Assembly: GCA_951406725.2 (NCBI GenBank)
Contig: OX597834.1
Coordinates: 19,344,001-19,408,000 of the forward strand
Direction: 5' to 3'
DNA length: 64,000 nucleotides
Origin: Octopus vulgaris
Lineage: Eukaryota
How positions within the stretch are numbered: the stretch's first letter is position 1; each line of letters opens with the position of its first letter. Below the pieces are notes generated by a model. It saw only the letters and a program-made list of their open reading frames with translations, ran no database searches and was not told the origin of the DNA. Both the position numbers and the translations under genes were made by a program. Below are positions 39,571-52,490 of the stretch, in pieces.

Positions 39571-41578
39571 TAAGTGATATGAGCTCTATTTCTAGCCTAC
39601 TTCTAATCAGATAAATGCATTGCTGGCTTTATGGAATGGTAATTTTAAAGGAACTAAACACGGTAACGGCTTGCAATGTTATTGACTGGTTTCGTTACCG
39701 GGGGAATTTTGTGGCACTTTTTGTTATTTTCAAGTTGCACTTGAAGAGGATGGAGATGGGAAGAGGCTGGGATTAGGATGGAAGGATCTCCAGTGGATTT
39801 GCTGTCTGTGAGAGTGGCAAGAACAGTCCTGGAATACACTCCAATATCCTGCACGTGCCTGTAAGACCAGAGAACACAGCTGGTAAAAAGGGCACATGCC
39901 CAGGGTAATATTTGATCAGTAGGGTTCCTTTAGTGACCCCGAGGTAACTGGGCCTCTCCTCTAATGTCTGACTTAATTCCATTTGTATATTGTTGTTGTA
40001 GATTTTTCTTCTTTTCTTAATTGTTTTTCTATAATTAGTCCTTTTGTCACATCCTCCCCACCACAATACTTTTGTAATTTGTTCTTTTTTTTCTTATGCC
40101 TCACCCCATTTTCCATCCTTATATCTTCATTCCAAGTGAATAAATCTTCATTATTATTATTTATAGTTATTTATCTGTTATTTCCATTGTTCTTTGTTAT
40201 TGTAAGAAAATTACTGTTTATTTGTTTTCTGTAGGTTTTTTCCAATAGTTTTGTCTCTATGTATAACAGAGAGGGAGATGGAGAGAGAGAGGGAGAGAGA
40301 ATGAGAGAGAAGGCCTGAAAGAAAGAGAGACATATATATGCATATATATATATAGAGAGAGAGAGAGACAAAGAGACAGAGAGACAGAAAGAGACAGAGA
40401 GACAGAAAGAAACAGGGAGATAGAGGCATATGCAAGCAGATAGATGGCTTGATGAACAAAGAGTGAGAGAGAGAAAGAGAGAGAGAGATAAATAAACATG
40501 GAAAGACACATACATATACACACATGCACAAAGATAGAAAACGACAAGGAGTGAGAGAGACTTGGTAACCAAGAAAAAGAGAAAAAGAAGAAAAGAGAGA
40601 AAGAAGAAAAGAGAGAAAGAGACGTATACAAATGGACAGAGAGACCTGTGTGCAAACAGTTGGATAGCTTGATTTTCAAACAGGGCAGCAGATAGATGGA
40701 ATGATATGACGGTTGGTGTAAGATATCTTTTGACTGTGCAGTTAACATGCTGAGTAAAATAATTTGATGAGAAACTTTGGTTAAATTATGTATCTTTTTT
40801 TTTTTATTTTAGATGTAGGGAGGTGGGTGGTATATATTTCGAAATTTGGCTTCTTAAAAAAAAAAAGAAAAAAAAAAGAAAAATAACAGATGAGAAAAAT
40901 CTAAAAAAAGAAACTAAAAATTCAATTATGAACAAGGCTCATACCTGGCTCACTTACTGTTCCAATACCTCCTCGCTACTTTAATGACAGTTTTATAGAA
41001 TTGTGGTTAGAATTAATTACAAAAAGCCTTTAAGTAACTGCAGAAGAGAGAGATGGCTTTGTAGATAGGATATCAGACTCCCTGTGTATAAGTAGGTCAT
41101 GAGCTCAAATCACTGTTGGCATTTCATTGTGCCTCTAGTTCTTGGTTTCCTGTTGACTATAGCAGCCGGCTCACCTGGGAATGTTATCTATGATAGACTC
41201 AGTGTCCTAAATTAACTGAGGATTTATCAGGTCTAATATCATGAAACCAAAAGCTAACCATTCGTCATCAATCAGAATTCCCTTAGGACTTGGAAAGCAT
41301 TTGCTTTTCATCAACCATGTTTAATGTTTCTGCCCAGATATTATTAACATTAATAATCATAATAACGGTTTCAATTTTTTGGCACAAAGCCAGCAATTTC
41401 AGGGAAGAGGTATGTTGGTTACATCGACCCCAGTATTCAACTGGTATTTATTTTATTGACTCTGAAAGGATGAAAGGCAAAGTTGACCTTGGCAGAATTT
41501 AAATTCAGAATGTAAAAATGGCAGAAATGCCACTTAGCATTTTGTTCAGCATGTTAAACATTTTGCCAGACAACCACC

Positions 41579-41610
<32 letters not shown>

Positions 41611-42191
41611 TGCTTAACCCTAAACTGACAGATCCGACTCCTAATGTAAGAGCCGAAGCTCATCATGCCTCAATGTAAACAAAACAAATTACAAACTGCA
41701 ATGGTCATTGATCGGTTTACAAAAGACCACAAACCTGAACACTGAACCAAATTCTGACTGAAAAATCAGCCACTGGTTCAAATCTTCCCGACACACAGGA
41801 GCTGGACGTACCCCACAACTGGAATATTCCAACAGATGGCCGTCCATGCCCGTCACCAAATAACCAACAGAAAAAGAATGAAAAATGATCTAGGGAAGAT
41901 AATAAGGAAGTTCTTACGGCCTTCTACCATGCCATATATTTCCCCCACAGATAAATCTAACACTATACAAACCTACATAAACTGGAGACAGAAACACCCT
42001 GAATTTTTCACATGGTTTTTAGGCATTCACTAGTACAACACTAAATACAAAACCAAATATATGGCACCCTAGGCATAACACCAACATGAACCTCCAACTT
42101 GTCTCTTGAGGTCACTGGGTGAGACTTGGAGCCAGCTTGTGCAAATTTAAAGCAAAAGTCAAACATATAATAATAATAATAATAATAATAA
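41611..42191 (+). mobile_element. Internally deleted R4/Dong-like element in (TAA)n
   Basis: (TAA)n on both sides. Degenerate N-terminal peptide K*SREDNKEVLTAFYHAIYFP/TDKSNTIQTYINWRQKHPE is joined to a 3' end cttgaggtcactgggtgagacttgga...(TAA)n. Confidence 0.55.
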
Positions 42192-42299
42192 TTCTTTCTA
42201 ATTTTGGCACAAGGCCAGCAGTTTTGAGGGATACGGGCAAATTTATGACATTGATTATAGTACTTTATTTTATTCTTTTCTACTCAAGGCACAAGGCTT

Positions 42300-42398
42300 G
42301 AAATTTGGTGGGAGGGAGCCAGTCGAAATTTGGTGGGAGGGAGCCAGTCAAAATTTGGTGGGAGGGAGCCAGTTGAAATTCGGTGGAAGGGGGGAGCC
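42300..42398. repeat. 25-bp G-rich minisatellite, ~4 copies
   Basis: Unit GAAATTTGGTGGGAGGGAGCCAGTC, amplified from a SINE-B2 tail. Confidence 0.9.
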
Positions 42399-43412
42399 TT
42401 TAGTATTTGAGTGGCACTGTGCTCTTTATTTTATCAACTGGGGAAGGCAGGGATGAGAGGGCTGTTAAAAGATAAGAATGACCTCATTGGGATTTGAACC
42501 TGTAATGTAAAAAGGCAAAACTAACCCCTGCAAGGCATTTCAGTAATTGCTATACCATTTCTCCAACATTTAATAATATTAATTATAGTATTTGTTGACA
42601 GTTCAAAAAAAGAGAAAGGAAAAAATCATGATAATTTGAAATATGCTATTACATTCTGAACAACAGTAAACAATTTAAAATTTCATTTTATTTCATTGAT
42701 TTTTTTTTTACTCCACTAAAAATATTTTTAACAATACTATTAATGGTGATTCTTGTAGTTGTCTTCATTTCCTTTTTAAATATTAATGTTTTCTGTTATT
42801 CATGATACTAAAAAAACTTCCAAAAACTGCGACATAATAATAATAAAAAAAAGAACCAAAAAATGGCAGGAACCGTAATAATATTTGCTCATGACATGTG
42901 GTAAATAAAAACATTTGGTTTTACAAAAGCTGTTTTCGTTAATTTTGAAATAGGAAAACACTTCAGAAACAGCATGACAAAATTACTGGAAAAATTCCAG
43001 GTAACCTGCAGGTAGAAATTTTTATTTAATTTTTACCATTTCTTTTACAGTTTTCTTTTCTTTTTAAAAATTCTTGAAACTTATTTTAGTCTCTTTATTT
43101 TTTTCATTATCATTTTAATAACCATGACTTAGCTCTGGTCGTTAAAACACCCCCGGTCTTTCAATATATTTATTTATTTATTGGTTTTATTTGGTTTCAA
43201 ATTGTGAACAAAAGCATCATTGGTTGTTGCAGATTTCCAACTAACCCATCTCTGATTCCTTACATTTTCTTTATGGTAAAACGGAGTTTCTTACACTGGA
43301 GTTTCTCAGTTTCTTACTAATATCTTTTGCTAATATACAATACCCATGCACACACATGGCGGTGTGCAATCATGTTTAACATGCCTGTGTACACTTGGAT
43401 ATAGCATTATCA

Positions 43413-43915
43413 CCCAGGAAGACATGGGATGAGGTGGTGAAGCATGACCTTTGAACTTTGGGCCTCACATAAGCAATGATGAAAGACCGAGACTTCTGGA
43501 GATATGCTGTAACTGTGAAGACCCGGCAAATAAAGTGAGTTTACTGCTGTAACCTACACCAGTGTCGCATAACCAGCCCCAGCTCACTCAAAAAGTACCT
43601 TGGATCATAGGGTGACAAGCTGTGCTTGAGGAGCCCTATTGAGTCAAATACATCAAAATCAAAATCAAATGGAAAGCACCACCTGAATGAGGCTGATGCC
43701 AGCGCCACCTTGACTGGCTTCCATGCCGGTGGCACGTAAAAAGCACCAACCAATTGTGGTCATTGCCAACCTCCTTTGGCCCCTGTGCTGGTAGCACATA
43801 AAAAGCACCCACTACACTCTTGGAGTGGTTGGCGTTAGGAAGGGCATCCAGCTGTAGAAACACTGCCAGGTCAGACTGGAGCCTGGTGTAGCCTCCTGGT
43901 TTCCCAGACCCCGGT
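43413..43915 (+). mobile_element. RTE LINE ORF C-terminus and 3'UTR
   Basis: Translates PRKTWDEVVKHDL*TLGLT*AMMKDRDFWRYAVTVKTRQIK*, then runs into the family C motifs. Confidence 0.8.
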
Positions 43916-43993
43916 TTAATCTCCTCTCCTCCCAGTTGAAGGACTTTTGTCTTGCAAGGTACATAGTGACGGTATCAATGCTGATGTGACATT

Positions 43994-44731
43994 AAAAGCA
44001 CTGGTGGGGTTGCCATATAAAAAGCATGTGATGGTGCCACATAAAAAGCACTGGTGCTGGTGCCATGTCAAAAACACTGGTGCTGGTGCCATGTAAAAAG
44101 CACATGTGATGGTGCCACATAAAAAGCACTGGTGCTGGTGCCATGTCAAAAACACTGGTGCTGGTGCCATGTAAAAAACAATGGTGCTGGTGCCATGTAA
44201 AAAGCACATGTGATGGTGCCACATAAAAAGCACTGGTGCTGGTGCCATGTCAAAAACACTGGTGCTGGTGCCATGTAAAAATGGTGCACAATGGTGCTGG
44301 TGCCATGTAAAAAGCACATGTGATGGTGCCACATAAAAAGCACTGGTGCTGGTGCCATGTCAAAAACACTGGTGCTGGTGCCATGTAAAAAACAATGGTG
44401 CTGGTGCCATGTAAAAAGCACATGTGATGGTGCCACATAAAAAGCACTGGTGCTGGTGCCATGTCAAAAACACTGGTGCTGGTGCCATGTCAAAAACACT
44501 GGTGCTGGTGCCATGTAAAAAGCACATGTGATGGTGCCACATAAAAAGCACTGGTACTGGTGCCATGTAAAAAGCAAAGGTGCTGGTGCCATGTAAAAAG
44601 CATGTGATGGTGCCACATAAAAAGCACTGGTGCTGGTGCCATGTCAAAAACACATGTGATGGTGCCACATAAAAAGCAGTGGTGCTGGTGCCATGTAAAA
44701 AGCAGTGGTGCTGGTGCCACATTGAAAGTAC
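43994..44731 (+). repeat. 26-bp minisatellite (~28 units) with 78/104-bp higher-order structure
   Basis: Variants gtgatggtgccacataaaaagcactg, gtgctggtgccatgtcaaaaacactg, gtgctggtgccatgtaaaaagcacat and gtgctggtgccatgtaaaaaacaatg recur in fixed order. A family C tail follows to ~44860. Confidence 0.92.
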
Positions 44732-45427
44732 CCAGTACACTTTGTAAAGTGGTTGGCATTAAGAAGGGCATCCAGCCAAAACAGACTATTGAACCTGGTA
44801 CACCTCCTGTCCAACCCATGCCAGCATTGAAAATGGATGTTAAATGATGATGCTGATGAGGATAATGATTTGTAAATTAGTATTAAGACTGGTACTATTG
44901 CTGTGCTGCATTGGGAAAACATCTCTGGAATTGATTTATTTGTAGCTGATCTGGAAATGGTAAATGAAGAGACAGAAAAACTTGTGGTGCATAGATCTAT
45001 GCATGTGGTTTGTCAAATGTGACTCTCAGAAAATCGGTAAATAAATTAAGATCTCAGTGTTGCTGAGTGTATTGTGTAGGCCAATGCATAGAAACTAATT
45101 AATTAATTAATAAATAGCAACGTTGGATGATTTATTAGAAGTAATGTAACCCAGAACAGACAATAAAAGAAATAATACATTATATTCTTGCTTAATCACT
45201 TGGTGAGCAGAGTGGCAGAGTGGAAGCATGCGGGGTCCATAATTCAGAGGTTCATAGATTGGAACTATGCTTTGCAAAGAAGTGGATACTAATTTTGACA
45301 TTTATACAGTGAAAGTGAATTGTCTGCAAATATACCAGCCATATGCATATATATATATACACACACATATACATATATACATACATACACACACATATAC
45401 ATACATACATACATACATATATATATA

Positions 45428-45659
45428 TGTTTCTTTATTGCCCACAAGGGGCTAAACATAGAGGGGACAAACAAGGACAGACAAATGGATTAAGTCGATT
45501 ACATCGACCCCAGTGCGTAACTGGTACTTAATTTATCAACCCCGAAAGGATGAAAGGCAAAGTCGACCTTGGCGGAATTTGAACTCAGAACGCAACGACA
45601 GACGCAATACTGCTAAGCATTTCGCCCGGTGTGCTAATGTTTCTGCCAGCTCGCCGCCT
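45428..45659 (-). mobile_element. SINE family B (B1 tail), full length
   Basis: Near-consensus reverse-complement copy inside (TACA)n. Confidence 0.9.
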
Positions 45660-45686
45660 ACTACATACATACATGCAGACATACAT

Positions 45687-45734
<48 letters not shown>

Positions 45735-45736
<2 letters not shown>

Positions 45737-45992
45737 GTAGTGAAATAATATATTGATTGACAACTTCCAGCCTGTTGTTAATTAGGGGCCCTAGTCTGTC
45801 TATGAGGATAGATTCCTTAATTCTTAGATTACCCAAATTGCTATCATTGGCCTCAGTTGTGACTGTTATGCTTTTGTCGGTGTTCTGGCATCCGTCTAGA
45901 TGCTTTCTGAAGGAAAAGGCTCTCATGTTCAGATGTTCTTTGATGCGAATGTGTAATGGTCTTGTTGTGCTACCCACATAGAACTTGTTGCA
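45735..45992 (-). pseudogene. Penelope-like retroelement GIY-YIG endonuclease fragment
   Basis: CNKFYVGSTTRPLHIRIKEH...FRKH...LRIKESILIDRLGPLINN carries the YIG-like YVG and the catalytic R, E and N motifs. The GIY strand and RT are absent, and the fragment abuts (TA)n. Confidence 0.85.
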
Positions 45993-46991
45993 TATATACA
46001 CCTATATACATATATGTTGCACATATACACCTACAGGGGTAGAGACACATTATATCATGCAATAGAAATTTATACAGGCTGGTGCCACTTAAAAAGCACC
46101 CAGTACACACTGTGTAGTGGATGGTATTAGGAAGAGCATCCAATGGTAAAAACCATGCTAAAACAGGCAATTGGATGGTGGTGCAGCTCTCCAGTCTTGC
46201 CAGCTCCTGTCAAACCGTCTGACCCATGCAACCATGGAAAACAGGGTACATCAGAACTTAAAATATCATAGTGGACAGAAATGACAGCAACAACAAGAAC
46301 AACAACAGAACGTTTTGCTTAGTATATATATATCAGGCGTTGTTTTGGTGTTGGTGTTTATAGTAGTCTGTTATTTATTTATTTTTTTGTTGTTGTCGCT
46401 GAGTGGTTTTTATTCACTTTCTAACATATTCTTTTCAAGCCATTCTCTCCTACCAGCTGTGCAACAATACTGTAATCATCAGTAAGAGATACCCATACTG
46501 AAAAATAACTGATTTAAAATGATTACTTGTGCGTAGATTATGGGAGTGTTAGATTTATCACTGGTGCTAAAAATTGTTTGATGTAAATAACAAGCAAACA
46601 AACAAAAAAAAAAACTTAAAAAAGAAACACAAAGCAACGTGAGCATGTGTAAAATGTGAAACTGTGTCTTAGAATCAGGCATTAAAAAAAAATCAATTTG
46701 TTTGGGACATGAAAGTAAAATAAAACTTTAGTGATTGAAGGGAGATTTACAGTCAGCCAGTAAAAGATTGACAATGTGGTCAGTCAAAGAAAGCTTTAAG
46801 GAAATGGATGGTAGTATGTGAAGTTCAAATCTTTTCTCAGTTGTGCACATTCTCTTTGAGCAAGACATTATAAATCTGTTTGATTCAGTAAATTTTTTTC
46901 CTTCCTTCTTTCCGTCTTTACTTCCACCCCCCTGCCACCCTCCTCCCCCTCCTTCTTTCCATGGGCTCTCGTTTCCATGTAGAGGTATTAG

Positions 46992-47223
46992 GGCGGCGAG
47001 CTGGCAGAAACGTTAGCACGTCGGGCGAAATGCTTAGCGGTATTTCGTCTGCCATTACGTTGTGAGTTCAAATTCCGCCGAGGTCGACTTTACCCTTCAT
47101 CCTTTCGGGGTCGATGAATTAAGTACCAGTTATGCACTGGGGTCGATGTAATTGACTTAATACCTATGTCTGTCCTTGTTTGTCTCCTCTATGTTTAGCC
47201 CCTTGTGGATAATAAAGAAATAG
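46992..47223 (+). mobile_element. SINE family B (B1 tail), full length
   Basis: GGCGGCGAGCTGGCAGAAACGTTAG head, GAGTTCAAATTCC B box, central domain and tail. Confidence 0.9.
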
Positions 47224-47450
47224 GTATTGAGTTGTTATGACATCTGGGGTGTCGTGAGTGTTTTAAATCTTATGGAGCTCCTTCCTCTCCCTCCAGGTCT
47301 CTCTATAATAGATTTCTTCCAGGGAGGAAGACAAATAATTTTAAAAAAAGTGAGAAATAGATCTCAGAGAAGCTTACTGACGAATAATTTTAGTGAAATG
47401 AAAGAGTATGAAGATGTTAGGCAGAAATTCAAAAACACTTGTAAACAATA

Positions 47451-47612
47451 GGTGCAGGAGTGGCTGTGTGGTAAGTAGCTTGCTTACCAACCACATGGTT
47501 CCAGGTTCAATCCCACTGTGTGGTACCTTGGGCAAGCGTCTTCTACTATAGCTTCAGGCCAACTAAAGCCTTGAGAGTGGATTTGGTAGACGGAAACTGA
47601 AAGAAGCCCTTC

Positions 47613-47654
<42 letters not shown>

Positions 47655-47865
47655 ATGTGTCTGTGTTTGTCAAACCCACCAACATCACTTGACAACCAAT
47701 GCTGGTGTGTTTACGTCCCCGTCAATTAGTGGTTTGGCAAGAGAGACTGATAGAATAAGTACTAGGCTTACAAAGAATAAGTCCTGGGGTCGATTTGCTC
47801 GACTAAAGGTGGTGCTCCATTATGGCCACAGTCAAATGACTGAAACAAATAAAAGAATAAAAGAA
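47451..47865 (+). mobile_element. SINE family A, full length
   Basis: A box TGGCTGTGTGG, B box GGTTCAATCCC, linker and tail. Confidence 0.9.
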
Positions 47866-48227
47866 TACGATGAGCAGACATCAACCGCAATATAAAATGG
47901 CATCATAACTGTTATGATGCAGGTATACATGTCTGGCATAAAATGGCATTGTACAAAATAAATAGTTGATTGTGGTTATCTAGAAATAACCTATTGCAGT
48001 AATGTATGTTAAGATAGAATGCACTCTGTATTACTTGAATGTAGGTACGATACTCAGTATTCACTGTTCAACTACCAACTGTTAAACCAACACATGTTGA
48101 ACTAACATGGTAAACAAACATGGTTGAATTAACACTGTCAACTACCCTCGTTGAAGGTTCACTCAGTTCTTAGCTATTGTAATCGTTTAGTCCACCTTCA
48201 GTCACATGGGGGTGCTCAGGATTCTCC

Positions 48228-48228
48228 C

Positions 48229-48274
<46 letters not shown>

Positions 48275-48660
48275 AATTATTGTATACAGTGCTCAGGTGC
48301 ACCACAACTTGTCAGAAAGTGTGTATAAGGTATATGCAGTAATGTACTAATGTCTGGAAAGCAAACAATATATGAGTCAGATACATGCTTGTGTGTGTAT
48401 GGAGGGGAGAAAATCAGGTGTAGTGTTGGCGAATCTCAGAAAGCATGGAAGTTTCGAAGGATGCAGTGCTCCAACAACTAACAACTGATGCCGGCAGTTT
48501 GTTCCATGCTTCAGCAACTCTCAGCATGAAAAAATGTTTCCTAAAGTCATGGGAGCTGTGCTGTTTTCTGACTTTGTAAATATGTCCATGGGTGTTAGAC
48601 GGGTGGAGTTTAAAAAGGTGCTCAGAGTTATTTTTTGTAAGATGGTTGATAATTTTATAA
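48228..48660 (-). mobile_element. CR1-clade LINE 3' end
   Basis: Minus strand translates YKIINHLTKNNSEHLFKLHPSNTHGHIYKVRKQHSSHDFRKHFFMLRVAEAWNKLPASVVSC and ends in (ATT)n. A second 3' scrap lies at ~26380-26483. Confidence 0.85.
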
Positions 48661-48791
48661 TGATATTATTCCTTAAGTTTCTCATCATATGAGGGTAGTT
48701 ACTTGTAATCCAAGAAAATCAGTTCTGCAATTTCTGACTGAACAATCTGATCAAATGATTTGTTTTAAAGCAATCAAATGTATGTGCTGTA

Positions 48792-48821
48792 CCTAACCCT
48801 AACCCCAACCCTAACCCTAAC
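48792..48821. repeat. Short interstitial (CCCTAA)n tract
   Basis: cctaaccctaaccccaaccctaaccctaac. Confidence 0.8.
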
Positions 48822-49086
48822 TCTGTCAAAATGATGTTGTCTGAACAAGTGCATGGTGTGCCACATAGCAAGTGTTGAAGTTGTCACAAAGCAATGTGAA
48901 ATGAAGTGTTTTACTCAAGAACACAATGCACCACCTGGTCTAAGAATTGAAACCACTATCTTGTGATCATGAGTACAACACCTAAACCACCTGACCATGT
49001 GCCATCATCATGTGCCATGTGTAAGTTGTAAAAAGTGTTGTATGATTATTTTCCAATAACTGCACTGGAGATGAAAGCAGAAAATA

Positions 49087-49600
49087 CCGTAAATCCTCGA
49101 GTATGATCCGCATTTTTTCCCCAAAATTTCAAGGTCAAAATCCGTAGTGAGTACTATATACGAGGTTAAAAATGAAAATTATTTTCTAAGCAATGTCTGA
49201 GTCTCTATTTGCTGTCCGGCAATGTTTATTCAGATGCATTTTGTGATGTCGGAGGCAAAAATACCTTAAGCTAAGCCTGAAATCAATGAAGTCATAAAAG
49301 GATCATCCATAACTTGCAGTAAGCAACATTTATTAAACGTTATTACTGTTATTTCTTTATTTTCTGCAAACACAATGCACAAAAAAGCTACACGTTTGCA
49401 TTATGTTATATATATACAATAATAATAAAGGATGTTACCATACACATTTTTATAAACCAAGGACATTATATAGACCTCCTTGACTCAAGTTAGAGAAGGG
49501 GTGCGTATTATACACAAAGTTTAGGTTTTTCAGAGGTACAGCCCCCTAAGAATCCTTTGCGTATTAAACTCAAGGGCGGACTATACTCAAGGATTTACGG
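49087..49600. mobile_element. Tc1/mariner-superfamily (Tc2/pogo-like) MITE
   Basis: TIRs CCGTAAATCCTCGAGTAT / ATACTCAAGGATTTACGG (17/18 match), TA on both sides, no ORF. Confidence 0.9.
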
Positions 49601-49636
49601 TAAGAAAAAATAGTTAGTCAGTGGCATTTAACAACC

Positions 49637-49867
49637 TATTTCTTTACTACCCACAAGGGGCTAAACACAGAGAGGACAAACAAGGACAGACAAACGGATT
49701 AAGTCGATTACATCGACCCCAGTGCGTAACTGGTACTTAATTTATCGACCCCGAAAGGATGAAAGGCAAAGTCGACCTCGGCGGAATTTGAACTCAGAAC
49801 GTAGCGACAGACGAAATACCGCTAAACATCTCGCCCGGCGTGCTAATGACTCTGCCAGCTCGCCGCC
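49637..49867 (-). mobile_element. SINE family B (B1 tail), young, with TSD
   Basis: TSD TTTAACAACC at 49627-49636 and 49868-49877; CpGs retained. Confidence 0.92.
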
Positions 49868-50488
49868 TTTAACAACCAACAAGTAACCAACCAACTAACC
49901 AACAACCTGGCCCTTCAACTAATCAAGTTCCTTTACTGTCTCTCTATTAGCAAATCAAACTGCATTGATCTTACCAGTTTGGGAAGTCCTGCAAAACCCA
50001 TGTTTACTTTCTCCTATCTCAGCTCATACGTAAATCATAAGAAACCTATAATTCTTTGAATTTTCAAACAAAGCCAATCAAACTCAGGATAAAATAAATT
50101 TAAAAGGCAATAAATTTAAGAAAACTGAGGAAGATGGATATGTTTCTGTTTGTGACGTTTTTATTTGAATTTTTTTCGATTAAACTCAAGAGACAATAAT
50201 TTAGAAATTAGGAGACATGAGAAATTTTTAAAAAAAATATTTCACGTTTCCTCAACAGACATTTTTATTTATCTGAATTCTATAAGTTAAAGACATTATC
50301 ATACGTATATGTATATTCATATGTATGACTAATGGCATTATATGAGCACACGCATGCACTCACACACACACGTATTTATATTTGGTATTCATGTACATAT
50401 TTATACATATACATTTATACATACATACAAACACATACATATATATGTGTATATATTTACATATATGTATATACATGTAGTTATATAC

Positions 50489-50534
<46 letters not shown>

Positions 50535-50675
50535 GTATATACATGTGTATGTGTGTGTGTATATATATGTATATACATGCAGATATATGTGTGTGTATAT
50601 ATATGAATATACATGTAGTTATATATGTGTGTGTGTTTATATATTTATATTTGCATGTTTATACGTGTAGATATA

Positions 50676-50717
<42 letters not shown>

Positions 50718-51180
50718 ATATAAGTATGTACATATTTATTTATGTAGATAGATATTTGTATGTATGTAATGACATTATATGTATTTGTTTGAATATATTC
50801 TAAAGATGTGTCAGTATTTCAAATGACATTTTCCTCACACAGAATTTCCTTCATTATTATTATTATCTCAGTACAGACTTTGAGATTTACTAATTGTTAG
50901 ATACAAATTGAAAAGAAGTTCTGTAGTGTCACATGGAGTGTGGGGAGAACTTGGGTAGGTGTTACACAGAATCAATCATTGTTATCATTGGAAAGAACCC
51001 TGATTTATCGACAAACCTCATGGGGCTCTTAAATGAAATAACATTGTTTTTGTTTGGAATTCTGTGAATAAATTTTTTTTTTAATTTCAAGCCGTTTCCT
51101 TTTCACAATTATGTACGTAAAGCTGCATTCTCATGTAAATTGTTCTTCATTCAATGTATATTTATATATGTATACATATA

Positions 51181-51562
51181 GGCGCGGGAGTGGCTGTGTG
51201 GTAAGTAGCTTGCTAACCAGCCACATGGTTCCGGATTCAGTCCCACTGCGTGGCATCTTGGGCAAGTGTCTTCTGCTATAGCCCCGGGCCGACCAATGCC
51301 TTGTGAGTGGATTTGGTAGACGGAAACTGAAAGAAGCCTGTCGTATATATGTATATATATATATATGTGTGTGTTTGTGTGTCTGTGTTTGTCTCCGTAG
51401 CATTGCTTGACAACCGTCACTTAGCGGTTCGGCAAAAGAGACCGATAGAATAAGTACTGGGCTTACAAAGAATAAGTCCCGGTGTCGAGTTGCTCGATTA
51501 AAGGCGGTGCTCCAGCATGGCCGCAGTCAAATGACTGAAACAAGTAAAAGATAAAAAAGAGT
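51181..51562 (+). mobile_element. SINE family A, young copy with a small internal deletion
   Basis: Near-consensus head and tail. Confidence 0.9.
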
Positions 51563-51565
51563 ATA

Positions 51566-52190
51566 GGTGCAGACGTGGCTGTGTGGCAAGAAGCTTGCTT
51601 CAAGAGCTGGCAGAAACGTTTGCACGCTGGACGAAATGCTTAGCGGTATTTCGTCTACCATTACGTTCTGAGTTCAAATTCTGCCGAGGTTGACTTTGCC
51701 TTTCATCATTTTGGAGTCTATAAATTAAGTGCCAGTTAAGCACTGAAATCGATGCAATCAACTTAACCCCTTTGTCCTTGTTTGTCCCCTCTATGTTTAG
51801 CCCCTTGTGGGCAATAAAGAAATAAGTAGCTTGCTTCACACGTACATGGTACTGAGTTCAGTTCCACTGTTTGGCAAGTTGTGCAAGTATTTTCTAATAT
51901 AGCCTTGGGCTGACCAAAGCCTTGTGAGTGGATTTGGCCAATGGAAACTGAAAGAAGCCCATTATATGTGTGTGTATATATGTACCTATGTGTGTGTGTC
52001 TTTATGTCTGCATTTTCCTCCCACCAGCATCACTTGAAAACCACTGTTGGTGTGTTTACATCCCCATACTTTAGCAGTTCAGCAAAAAGATTGGTAGAAT
52101 AAAGTAAGTCCTGGGGAGTTGTTCAACTGAAACCCTTCAAGGCAGTGCTCTAGCATGACCACAGTCAAATGACTCAACCAAGTAAAAGAA
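51566..52190 (+). mobile_element. Older SINE A with a SINE B (51603-51823) nested in its head
   Basis: TSD AAG(A/T)AGCTTGCTTCA at 51588-51602 and 51824-51838. Confidence 0.85.
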
Positions 52191-52425
52191 TATATATATA
52201 TGTAAATTGCACTTAATGTTAGAAGCTCTGATGAAGTTCTAGAATGATGGACAAGTATTTAACTATGAGCGCATTGCCTCTTATAGCAGAAACAACCAAT
52301 AGCTAATGAAGTTCATGATATAATTTATTCCTTATTACTGCTCTCTACTCAACTGACACTCTGGTCTGAAGCATATGTTTATTGAGTTCTAGCACCAAGT
52401 AATTGGTATCAGTATACCTAAGTGA

Positions 52426-52480
<55 letters not shown>

Positions 52481-52490
52481 TATATATATT

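Noticed and set aside
43994-44731. CRISPR-like appearance and repetitive ORFs (MAPAPVLF...)
   Set aside because: Contiguous tandem units with no unique spacers or cas genes, in a eukaryotic context.
48792-48821. Telomere or chromosome fusion site
   Set aside because: Only about five imperfect units in one orientation; such tracts are common inside repeats.
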